From positions 1-61,297 of the IMG/VR virus record IMGVR_UViG_3300017754_001058: a stretch of 61,297 nucleotides of DNA; one strand, given 5' to 3'. This document shows positions 45,477-53,574 of this stretch, in pieces. This DNA is from a virus. Its lineage: Duplodnaviria; Caudoviricetes. Below the pieces are notes generated by a model. It had not been told where the DNA came from, did not search any database, and saw only the letters and a program-made list of their open reading frames with translations. The stretch's first letter is position 1; every line of letters starts with the position of its first letter. The translations under genes and the position numbers were made by a program.

Positions 45477-45788
45477 TTAGCTTGGTTCTTGCCCCCTGAG
45501 CCACCGCTGCAGGTTGGTGAACGCACCCAGTTCATCGACGGCGTTGGTGTAGAATTGCGCGCCATCGTTGGGGTAGTGCTTACGCACGTAGGCCCATGTG
45601 TTATCGGGGTGCAGCGGTTTCCACGCTATGTCGAGGTTCCACGTCCAATCATCATGGACGCAGCCCTCTAGGGTCTCGATGAACATGATACCTAAGGGGC
45701 CGTTGTGCGGGTCTGCTTCCTTACGGTGATGGATTTTGAGTTCCTCGACGTTCAAGTCTGAGTCGAGGTTTATCTTCCACTCGTGCAT
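45477..45788 (-). CDS. Hypothetical protein (AxDELxA motif)
   Basis: AAGGAGCAA RBS; TNAVDELGAF; stop inside palindrome 45468. Confidence 0.65.
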   Translation of the reverse strand: MHEWKINLDSDLNVEELKIHHRKEADPHNGPLGIMFIETLEGCVHDDWTWNLDIAWKPLHPDNTWAYVRKHYPNDGAQFYTNAVDELGAFTNLQRWLRGQEPS

Positions 45789-45813
45789 CAGCCTTGCTCC
45801 TTCCTTGCTTGGG

Positions 45814-46026
45814 TCACGAAACCCAGACGAAGCGGTAGCCGGTGTAACGGCGCAGGCCCACTTCAAGGTTGATGTAGTCCTCACTCACGGTGCGCGCACC
45901 GGGGAGCCCATCACTGAACTGCCACTCGGTGCAGCCCAGCGCGGACTCAGGCCATACGCCATCGTCAACTTGAGCCTGCGTGACGGGACATCCTTTCACT
46001 ACCCATACGGTGTCACCAGTAATCAT
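45814..46026 (-). CDS. Hypothetical protein
   Basis: TGATG coupling; GAGGA RBS. Confidence 0.55.
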   Translation of the reverse strand: MITGDTVWVVKGCPVTQAQVDDGVWPESALGCTEWQFSDGLPGARTVSEDYINLEVGLRRYTGYRFVWVS

Positions 46027-46220
46027 CAGCTTGTCCTCTTGGGGTTTAACTGCGCTAGTTCTGCGCGGTTGGTGATGAGCATGTAGTTGCTCTTGTTTAT
46101 GGGTGCGCTGCACCATTGCACCTGCTTAGCTGCGTGTTCACCGCATGGGAGACAAGTGCGGTAGCCTAACGCTAACCGGGCAGGGGGGTAGACGTCACCG
46201 CAGGATACGCACTTAGCCAT
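46026..46220 (-). CDS. DksA/TraR-type C4 zinc-finger protein
   Basis: CVSCGDVYPPARLALGYRTCLPC; GGGAGCAA RBS. Confidence 0.7.
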   Translation of the reverse strand: MAKCVSCGDVYPPARLALGYRTCLPCGEHAAKQVQWCSAPINKSNYMLITNRAELAQLNPKRTS

Positions 46221-46365
46221 TGTCTTGCTCCCGCCCGCAGAACTCATCCCACAACTCCTTGGGGATGCTGATGGTGACGTTGTCCTCGAACTCGGCAATC
46301 ACTTCAGCCTCGTTGAGTATGTCCTCTGCCAATGCTTGGCGGGCTTGGTCGTTCATGTGTCCCAT
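46213..46365 (-). CDS. Small acidic hypothetical protein (not in the ORF track)
   Basis: AAGGAGCAA RBS; MGHMNDQARQALAEDILNEAEVIAEFEDNVTISIPKELWDEF... Confidence 0.6.
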   Translation of the reverse strand: MGHMNDQARQALAEDILNEAEVIAEFEDNVTISIPKELWDEFCGREQDNG

Positions 46366-46389
46366 TGTCTTGCTCCTTCTCTAACAGTG

Positions 46390-46542
46390 TTAGGCTTCGT
46401 GGGGATCGAGGTGGGCGAGGATGCGCTCCCGCACATCGCGGGGTTCGCGCTCCAGCACATCCATAAGTGCATGAAGCAGGGTGTTGTCCGTCCAGCCGCG
46501 CTCGTCGGCTATCGTCCAAGCAGAGTTGAAGAAGCTGCCCAT
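46390..46542 (-). CDS. Small hypothetical protein
   Basis: GGGGAG RBS; stop inside palindrome 46381. Confidence 0.55.
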   Translation of the reverse strand: MGSFFNSAWTIADERGWTDNTLLHALMDVLEREPRDVRERILAHLDPHEA

Positions 46543-46609
46543 GCTCACTCCCCCTGCCCGAAGGTGGCGATGTAGGTCGCCGTGCTCTTGATCCACATGA
46601 TGAACTGCT

Positions 46610-46720
46610 TCACTTGCCCTCCTCCTGCATCTTGTCGTGTAGGTTGCGCTCTGCCTGCTCGTTGAGCCAAGCGATGTATTCTTCGAGGTCGATCTGGTCG
46701 TCCTTGGTTTGCTCTAACAT
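46610..46720 (-). CDS. 36-aa acidic peptide (not in the ORF track)
   Basis: AAGGAGGAG RBS; ATG inside palindrome 46714; MLEQTKDDQIDLEEYIAWLNEQAERNLHDKMQEEGK. Confidence 0.55.
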   Translation of the reverse strand: MLEQTKDDQIDLEEYIAWLNEQAERNLHDKMQEEGK

Positions 46721-46734
46721 TGTTAGGCTCCTCC

Positions 46735-46998
46735 TTATACCAGCCAGTAGCGGCGCAGGGCTTCGAGCGTGGCGGTGTTGTCGCTCATGTCGAGAGAGCC
46801 AATGGCATGACCCAGCGCGATGGAGCGGGCATCCAGCACATCATCAGGCACACCGAGGTCATCACGCAGGTCAGCGGCGAGTGCGTCGGTGGTGAGTTCG
46901 ACACAGGCGCGCAGCGTGTTGGTCATCGGGGCGATACGCCCCTCAAGCACAGTGCGCAGGGTGAGGTTGGTGACGTGGGAGAAATCGGTATTCATCAT
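46735..46998 (-). CDS. Hypothetical early protein
   Basis: AGGAGCAA RBS directly after palindrome 47010. Confidence 0.65.
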   Translation of the reverse strand: MMNTDFSHVTNLTLRTVLEGRIAPMTNTLRACVELTTDALAADLRDDLGVPDDVLDARSIALGHAIGSLDMSDNTATLEALRRYWLV

Positions 46999-47090
46999 CT
47001 TGCTCCTACCTAACAATGTTAGGCTTTTGTATGCCGTGCCATCCAGCACGGGCTTGGTTGCGGCTAAGCTGGTCTTGCTCGCCTATTATT

Positions 47091-47119
47091 ACCATACTAC
47101 ATTGTTATGTCCGTGTCAA
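47091..47119 (-). promoter_or_regulatory. Putative early promoter
   Basis: - strand TTGACA-N17-TATGGT; spacer CGGACATAACAATGTAG. Confidence 0.7.
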
Positions 47120-47189
47120 GTGATCTTGGCTGGAGGTGCGACCGGAAGGCGGACGAGTGAGGCGCAGACGGTGGGCGGGAGGGGCAACA

Positions 47190-47500
47190 GGGTTGTAAGG
47201 GAAAAGGGTGCTTTGTAAGACGGATGTTAGGAAAGCGCCTTACAAAAGGGAGGTCGGAAAACCCTTTGAAACGAGTGTGTTGTGTGTTGTTGTATTGTAT
47301 TGTTATAATGTAAGTAGAAAAAACAAGTATAACCGACTCTGTGGGATTCGTGCATCTGCACTTGCCGGAGGGCCAAAGCGAAAACTCAAAAAGGGATCGT
47401 TCTCTAAAAACGCCCTTACAATATAACAATGCTTACATTGCTTGAAAACAAAGGAATGTTATGCTTACAACCGCTACCACCAAAGTCTTACGTCATAACA
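47190..47500. other. AT-rich non-coding region with repeated CTTACA/TGTAAG hexamers, candidate origin
   Basis: About 7 copies in both orientations around AT-rich tracts (47280-47330, 47400-47470). Confidence 0.45.
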
Positions 47501-47572
47501 TTGTTAGCCAGCCGCCAGCCGCTTAGTCAATACGGTGCTAGGAACTATCATAAAGTGCCTTGACGCAGGCCC

Positions 47573-47602
47573 AAAAAAACCCCATGCACGAAGTGCATGG
47601 GG
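47573..47602 (-). terminator. Intrinsic terminator after gene 47672..48220
   Basis: 10-bp perfect stem CCCCATGCAC/GTGCATGGGG plus U7 on the - strand. Confidence 0.9.
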
Positions 47603-47671
47603 GTCGAGGCGGGGAGCCGAGGGGCCGGGAGGGCGGGGGGAACCTAACATTGTTAGGCTCCCCCTCTTGCG

Positions 47672-48220
47672 TTAGGCGATAGCGGCCACGTCAATGCCCA
47701 GAGCCTTGAGGGCGGCGGTGATGTGAACCTGCGCAGCCTGCACCTTGGCGGGCAAGTCGCCGCCTTGCTTGTCGTTGAACTTGTAGAGGGCGGTCAATTC
47801 CTCGATGTTGCGCAGCATGGCGGAGCGAGGGGCAGGGCCAGCGCCGTCGGACTCTTCCGCTTCCGGTGCGACAGGGGTGCCGTCGAGAGTAGCCTTGCCG
47901 CTAGGTGCCAAGCCATTGCGCAGGTTCCGGCCATAGTCACAGATACGCTTGTAGGGAACGCTAGGGTTAGTGTGGCCAGCCTTGCGGAACGCTTCATACA
48001 GTTCACCCTTGAGAACCTTGAGCGCCTTAGCGTTATCGCTCTTTTCAGTGGGTGCCATGTCGAACCATGCAAAGCCCATCAACAGATTGAACTTGGCGGC
48101 GATACGAATGTGGCTTCCGTATACCTTGCCAGTCGCTTCAACCATGTCGGTCAGGATAGTGGCAAGCGGAGTAGCGGCAACGTCAATGTTCACGCCTTCG
48201 ACAGTGGTGATGGTGGTCAT
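47672..48220 (-). CDS. Hypothetical protein, monocistronic first gene of the early arm
   Basis: AAGGA RBS; own terminator; flanked by palindromes 47644 and 48357. Confidence 0.8.
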   Translation of the reverse strand: MTTITTVEGVNIDVAATPLATILTDMVEATGKVYGSHIRIAAKFNLLMGFAWFDMAPTEKSDNAKALKVLKGELYEAFRKAGHTNPSVPYKRICDYGRNLRNGLAPSGKATLDGTPVAPEAEESDGAGPAPRSAMLRNIEELTALYKFNDKQGGDLPAKVQAAQVHITAALKALGIDVAAIA

Positions 48221-48741
48221 AGAATAGTCCTTCGGTATGCCGCACTATCCAGTGCGGGCTTGGGTTGCATCGGGGCGGCCAGTCCGTCTCGATGAACAAT
48301 TTATCTCCCATTACGCTGCTAGATGCAAGGAAAATCGATCGATACCGGCCAAAAATCTAACAATGTTAGCCTATGTCCCCTGTTTGTTCTCAAAAATAGG
48401 GGGTGGGGTCGAATGTTCCCTATCTGTTCCCCCACCCTAGGGCCACCCCCCTTGGCAGGGGCTTCGGAGTCCCAACGCCGCATACATAGTGTTTTGCTCA
48501 GTCAATCACGTTCCCCCAAGTTTCGACCCCCCACCCCCCTCTTTTTTCCCACCGAACGCCCGCCACCTCGTCCACAGAGAGACCCCCCGTCACTTTTTGC
48601 TTGGGTCCCCTACCCCCGGGGGGTATAAAAATTAGGGGGTGAGATGCCTCGGTAGTCACTGGGGCTTTAGCTGGCCAGCACTCACCCCTTTACAACTACT
48701 CTCCTACACTGTTACACAGCACGTCTGCTCCCCCAAACCGG

Positions 48742-49347
48742 ATGCTGCGCTACATGCCCGTCGTTAAAGTCGAACCCACAGATGAGTTCCCAATCCCGTA
48801 CGATTGGACCGACGAGGAAACCGCGAACTTCGCTGATGAGCTTGCAGTAGCGGGCGGCACCGCAGAGTTGATGGCCCATCTGGGCACCCCCATCGAAGTA
48901 TCCCCCGAGGATCACGAGCGCGAGAAGAAGCTGCTCGAAGCGGTGGTGAAGAAGCAGGACAAAGAGCCGTTGCAGAGGGTGAACACGGCGTACGCTGCCG
49001 CTGCCTTCCTGCGCACCTACGGACAGTCGATGGCGTTGGATGCGAACCAAGCGCGGTCTGCTATTACCCACAAGCTGATGGAGATCGCCAACTGCGGCGA
49101 CACTAAGTTCGAGCTAAAGGCGCTGGAACTGCTCGGCAAGCACTCGGACATTGGCCTGTTCACCAACAAGTCTGAGATCAACATCAACTATAATAGCCCT
49201 GAGGCGCTCGAAAACGCCATCAAGGAGCGCGTGAAGCGGCTGCTGAACGCAGACATCATTGACGTGACCCCGCTAGGTCGTGATTTGGATGAGGAGCTTG
49301 GCATCGCTGAGTTGCCGGAAGACGACGAAGACGGGGAAGACGAGTGA
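48742..49347 (+). CDS. Putative terminase small subunit
   Basis: Directly upstream of and overlapping terL; LKALELLGK..DIGLF; start could be 48754. Confidence 0.65.
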   Translation: MLRYMPVVKVEPTDEFPIPYDWTDEETANFADELAVAGGTAELMAHLGTPIEVSPEDHEREKKLLEAVVKKQDKEPLQRVNTAYAAAAFLRTYGQSMALDANQARSAITHKLMEIANCGDTKFELKALELLGKHSDIGLFTNKSEININYNSPEALENAIKERVKRLLNADIIDVTPLGRDLDEELGIAELPEDDEDGEDE

Positions 49348-50867
49348 ACCTCGACTCCATCTCACTCAAAGATATCCCGACAATATTGCCACAGCTATCC
49401 CTAGCAGAGCAGGAGCTACTGTTAGCGCAGCTTGAGAAGCTCGAAGAGCTTAAGGGCAAGAAGCTGGCGCAAGAGAAGTTCCTCGCGTTCGTCAATCAGG
49501 TCTGGCCGACGTTCATCAGTGGTCGGCACCATGCGCGGATGGCCGAGGCGTTCGAGCGCGTGGCTAACGGCACCTGTAAGCGCCTCATCATCAACATGCC
49601 GCCCCGGCATACTAAGTCAGAGTTCGCCAGTTACCTGCTACCTGCGTGGTTCCTAGGCAAGTTCCCTCACAAGAAGGTCATTCAGGCGTCTCACACTGCT
49701 GAGCTTGCGGTGGGCTTTGGGAGAAAAGTTAGAAACTTGGTAGACACTGATGTCTACCGGAAGCTCTTCCCCGACCTTAACTTGGCCTCGGACTCCAAGG
49801 CGGCTGGCCGATGGAACACAAGCAAGGGCGGGGATTACTTCGCTATCGGTATCGGCGGTGCCGTGACCGGTAAGGGTGCCGACGTGCTCATTATCGACGA
49901 TCCGCACTCCGAACAGGAAGCGGCGTTGGCCGAAATCAACCCAGATATCTACGACAAGACATACGAATGGTATACCTCGGGGCCGCGTCAGCGTCTCCAG
50001 CCGGGTGGGGCCATCGTCATCGTGATGACTCGTTGGTCAAAGCGTGACCTGACGGGGCAGGTGCTGAAGTCAGCAGCACAACGCGGTGGTGATGAGTGGG
50101 AAGTGATCGAGTTTCCTGCGATCCTCCCATCCGGGAACCCCTTGTGGCCTGAATTTTGGTCGATGAAGGAGCTTCAAGCGCTCAAAGAGGAGCTGCCCAA
50201 CTCCAAATGGATGGCGCAGTATCAGCAGGCCCCGACATCCGACACTTCGGCCATCATCAAGCGTGAATGGTGGCAGACATGGGACCGGGAGACCCCACCG
50301 CAGTGCGACTTTGTCCTACAAAGCTGGGATACGGCCTTCGAAAAGACGCAGCGGGCCGACTATTCGGCGCTTACTACGTGGGGTGTGTTCTACCAAGCCG
50401 ATGATAACGGCATGGAACAGGCCAATATCATCCTTCTCAACGCGTTCCGGGACCGTATGGAGTTCCCTGCGCTTAAGCGCACAGCCGTTGAGGAGTGGAA
50501 GGAGTGGGAGCCAGACAGCGTCATTATCGAAAAGAAGGCGTCGGGTGCGCCTTTGATCTACGAAATGCGGGCGATGGGTATTCCAGTGCAGGAGTTTACT
50601 CCGTCACGGGGGAACGACAAGATCAGTCGTTTGAACGCTGTCTCCGACCTGTTTGCGTCTGGACGGGTATGGGCACCTGCCACTCACTGGGCCGAGGAAG
50701 TGATTGAAGAAGTGGCGTCCTTTCCGGGCGGTGAGCATGATGACTATGTCGATAGCACTTCCTTAGCCCTAATGCGTTTCAGGCAAGGCGGGTACATCAC
50801 GACTAACCTCGACGAGCCAGACGATATTGTGTATTTTAAGAGCCGTAAGCACCAAGGATACTACTGA
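49344..50867 (+). CDS. terL: Terminase large subunit
   Basis: INMPPRHTKS, IIDDPH, VMTRW, QYQQ.P, SWDTA, IEKKASG, HDDYVDS. Confidence 0.95.
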   Translation: MNLDSISLKDIPTILPQLSLAEQELLLAQLEKLEELKGKKLAQEKFLAFVNQVWPTFISGRHHARMAEAFERVANGTCKRLIINMPPRHTKSEFASYLLPAWFLGKFPHKKVIQASHTAELAVGFGRKVRNLVDTDVYRKLFPDLNLASDSKAAGRWNTSKGGDYFAIGIGGAVTGKGADVLIIDDPHSEQEAALAEINPDIYDKTYEWYTSGPRQRLQPGGAIVIVMTRWSKRDLTGQVLKSAAQRGGDEWEVIEFPAILPSGNPLWPEFWSMKELQALKEELPNSKWMAQYQQAPTSDTSAIIKREWWQTWDRETPPQCDFVLQSWDTAFEKTQRADYSALTTWGVFYQADDNGMEQANIILLNAFRDRMEFPALKRTAVEEWKEWEPDSVIIEKKASGAPLIYEMRAMGIPVQEFTPSRGNDKISRLNAVSDLFASGRVWAPATHWAEEVIEEVASFPGGEHDDYVDSTSLALMRFRQGGYITTNLDEPDDIVYFKSRKHQGYY

Positions 50868-53380
50868 TGGCCGTCGATAAAGCTCTTAATCAAGCCCCGA
50901 TGGGGTTGGATAGCTCGTTTGCCTCCGGCATGATGCGGGGTGTGAACGCCCCGGATGACGATATTGAGATCGAAATCGAGGACCCTAAAGAGGTTACCAT
51001 TCGCGCGGGCGACATGGAGATCGAGATCGACCCCGATGCAGGGGAAAACGACGAGTTTAATGAGAACTTGGCGGAAACCCTCGACGAGAGTCAGCTTACA
51101 GAGCTTGCCGGTAACCTGATCGGTGAGTTTGAAGAGGACATTTCCAGCCGTAAAGACTGGATGCAGACCTATGTAGACGGTCTGGACCTGCTTGGGATGA
51201 AAATTGACGACCGGACCGAGCCTTGGCCCGGTGCTTGCGGTATCTACCACCCGATGCTGGCGGAGGCTCTGGTCAAGTTCCAAGCTGAGACCATGATGGA
51301 GACGTTCCCGGCTGCAGGGCCGGTGCGGACCGAGATTATCGGCAAGGAAACGCCCGAGAAGAAAGACGCTGCGCGGCGCGTCCAAGATGACATGAACTAC
51401 CAGTTGACCGATGTGATGGTCGAGTATCGCCCGGAACATGAGCGGATGCTGTGGGGGTTGGGCCTCGCAGGTAATGCGTTCAAGAAGGTGTACTACGACC
51501 CATCGCTCGGTCGTCAGGCTGCAATGTACGTGCCCGCCGAGGACGTCGTTGTACCCTACGGCGCGTCCAGTTTGGAAGTTTCTGGGCGCGTCACCCATGT
51601 GATGCGGAAGACCCCGAACGAGATGGCCAAACTGCAGGCCGCTGGGTTCTACCGTGATGTCGAGCTTGAAGACCCTGTCGATAGCCTCGATGAAGTCGAG
51701 AAGGCCATTGCCGAGAAGATGGGCTTCCGCGCATCGACCGATGACCGGTACAAGCTGCTGGAAATGCAGGTTGATTTGGTCCTGCCTGATGACAAGTTCA
51801 CCAAGGACGAGTCAGAAGCTGAGATCGCTGTTCCGTACATCGTCACTCTGGAAAAGGGTACGAGTACGATCCTCGCTATCCGCCGAAACTGGGACCCCGA
51901 TGATGACCTCAAAAAGAAGCGCAATCACTTCGTCCATTACGCGTACATTCCGGGATTTGGTTTCTACGCTTTCGGCCTTATTCATCTTATTGGTGCTTTT
52001 GCTAAGTCTGGTACCAGTCTTATTCGCCAGTTGGTTGATGCTGGCACTCTGTCAAATCTACCGGGTGGCTTTAAGACTAAGGGGCTAAGGGTTAAGGGCG
52101 ATGACACGCCCATCGCCCCGGCTGAGTGGCGTGACGTCGATGTGGCGTCAGGTACGATGCGCGACAACATCATGCCGCTGCCGTACAAAGAACCAAGTCA
52201 GGTTCTGTATTCGCTCCTCAACACCATCGTAGAGGAAGGCCGCCGCTTCGCTGGCGCTGCTGACATGAAGATCAGCGATATGTCGGCTAATGCCCCGGTG
52301 GGCACGACGCTGGCTATCCTTGAGCGCACACTCAAGACGATGTCGGCTGTTCAGGCGCGCGTCCACTACTCGATGAAGCAGGAGTTCAAGCTCCTGAAGG
52401 GTATCATTCGAGACTATACGCCACCGACGTATAGCTACGAGCCGGAAGAGGGCGGTCGTAGGGCCAAGCAGGGCGACTACGACATGGTCACGGTCATCCC
52501 CGTGTCGGACCCCAACGCTGCCACCATGGCGCAGAAGATCGTGCAGTACCAAGCTGTGCTGCAGTTGGCGCAGGGTGCTCCGCAGATTTACGACATGCCG
52601 TACCTGCACCGCCAGATGTTGGACGTGCTGGGTATCAAGAACGCCCAGAAACTCGTCCCGCTGAAGGACGACGAGGATATGAAGCCGCGCGACCCGGTGT
52701 CCGAGAACATGGACGTCATCAACGGGAAGCCGGTCAAGGCGTTCATCTACCAAGATCATGAGGCTCACATCACGGTTCACATGGCCGCGATGCAGGACCC
52801 GAAGATGGCCCAGTTGATGGGTCAGAACCCCAACGCCCAGATGATGCAGGCTGCTATGCAGGCGCACATTAACGAGCACTTGGCGTTCTCGTACCGCAAA
52901 CAGATCGAAGAGCAGGCGGGTGTCCCGCTGCCGCCGCCCAATGCTGAGATGTCGCCCGACATTGAGCTCCAGATTTCGCGTCTGTCCGCCGCAGCAGCGC
53001 AGCAGCTTCTGCAGAAAAACCAAGGGGAAGCCGCACAGCAGCAGGCCCAGCAGATGCAGCAGGACCCCATCGTCCAGATGCAGATGCAAGAGCTTGAGAT
53101 CAAGAAAGGCGAGCTTGAGCTTAAGAAGCAGAAAATGCAGATCGACGCTGCTGAGAAGACCGACCGCATCGAGCTTGAAGAGAAGCGCATCGCTGCTCAG
53201 GCTGAGATCGCAGGGATGCAGGTTGGTGCCAAGATGGCGACCGACAAGGCCAATCTGTCTGCCAAACAGCAGGAAGCAGGGCTTCGGATGGGCATCGAGG
53301 TGGCGCGCAGCCAGATGGAGAGCGCACTCCGCGCGAACCAGAGTAATACCTCTCCGAAAGAGCAAACTAAGGAACAATAA
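50867..53380 (+). CDS. Portal protein (P22-like, long Gln-rich C-terminal barrel)
   Basis: Follows terL; MNYQL, G.AFKKVYYD, GFYAFGL, DAGTLSN, coiled-coil C-terminus. Confidence 0.88.
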   Translation: MAVDKALNQAPMGLDSSFASGMMRGVNAPDDDIEIEIEDPKEVTIRAGDMEIEIDPDAGENDEFNENLAETLDESQLTELAGNLIGEFEEDISSRKDWMQTYVDGLDLLGMKIDDRTEPWPGACGIYHPMLAEALVKFQAETMMETFPAAGPVRTEIIGKETPEKKDAARRVQDDMNYQLTDVMVEYRPEHERMLWGLGLAGNAFKKVYYDPSLGRQAAMYVPAEDVVVPYGASSLEVSGRVTHVMRKTPNEMAKLQAAGFYRDVELEDPVDSLDEVEKAIAEKMGFRASTDDRYKLLEMQVDLVLPDDKFTKDESEAEIAVPYIVTLEKGTSTILAIRRNWDPDDDLKKKRNHFVHYAYIPGFGFYAFGLIHLIGAFAKSGTSLIRQLVDAGTLSNLPGGFKTKGLRVKGDDTPIAPAEWRDVDVASGTMRDNIMPLPYKEPSQVLYSLLNTIVEEGRRFAGAADMKISDMSANAPVGTTLAILERTLKTMSAVQARVHYSMKQEFKLLKGIIRDYTPPTYSYEPEEGGRRAKQGDYDMVTVIPVSDPNAATMAQKIVQYQAVLQLAQGAPQIYDMPYLHRQMLDVLGIKNAQKLVPLKDDEDMKPRDPVSENMDVINGKPVKAFIYQDHEAHITVHMAAMQDPKMAQLMGQNPNAQMMQAAMQAHINEHLAFSYRKQIEEQAGVPLPPPNAEMSPDIELQISRLSAAAAQQLLQKNQGEAAQQQAQQMQQDPIVQMQMQELEIKKGELELKKQKMQIDAAEKTDRIELEEKRIAAQAEIAGMQVGAKMATDKANLSAKQQEAGLRMGIEVARSQMESALRANQSNTSPKEQTKEQ

Positions 53381-53574
53381 TGAGTATCGACCTGCTAAAG
53401 TACCTCTCAAACAAGGTACAAGAAGAGCTTAAAGTCATCGAGGCAGATACGGCCATGGGTAAGGCCAAAGACTTCGGTGACTATAAGTACGCCTGCGGCA
53501 TTTATCGCGGTTTGCTGATGGCGAATAACCTCATCGTAGAAACCGCGCAACGAATGGAACAAGATGATGACTGA
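53380..53574 (+). CDS. Hypothetical head-module protein
   Basis: TAATG coupling; DYKYACG...GL. Confidence 0.75.
   Translation: MSIDLLKYLSNKVQEELKVIEADTAMGKAKDFGDYKYACGIYRGLLMANNLIVETAQRMEQDDD

Larger units (their letters stand above)
37468..48369. repeat. Dispersed 13-bp palindrome CTAACANTGTTAG, 15 perfect copies
   Basis: Starts at 37468, 38648, 40110, 41110, 41715, 42470, 43023, 43679, 45240, 45468, 46381, 46714, 47010, 47644, 48357; one-mismatch copies at 47495 and 27979. Confidence 0.95.

Noticed and set aside
37468-48369. Palindrome set as a CRISPR array or integron attC series
   Set aside because: The unit is only 13 bp, spacing is irregular (about 230-1460 bp), several copies are inside genes, and there is no cas1 or integron integrase.
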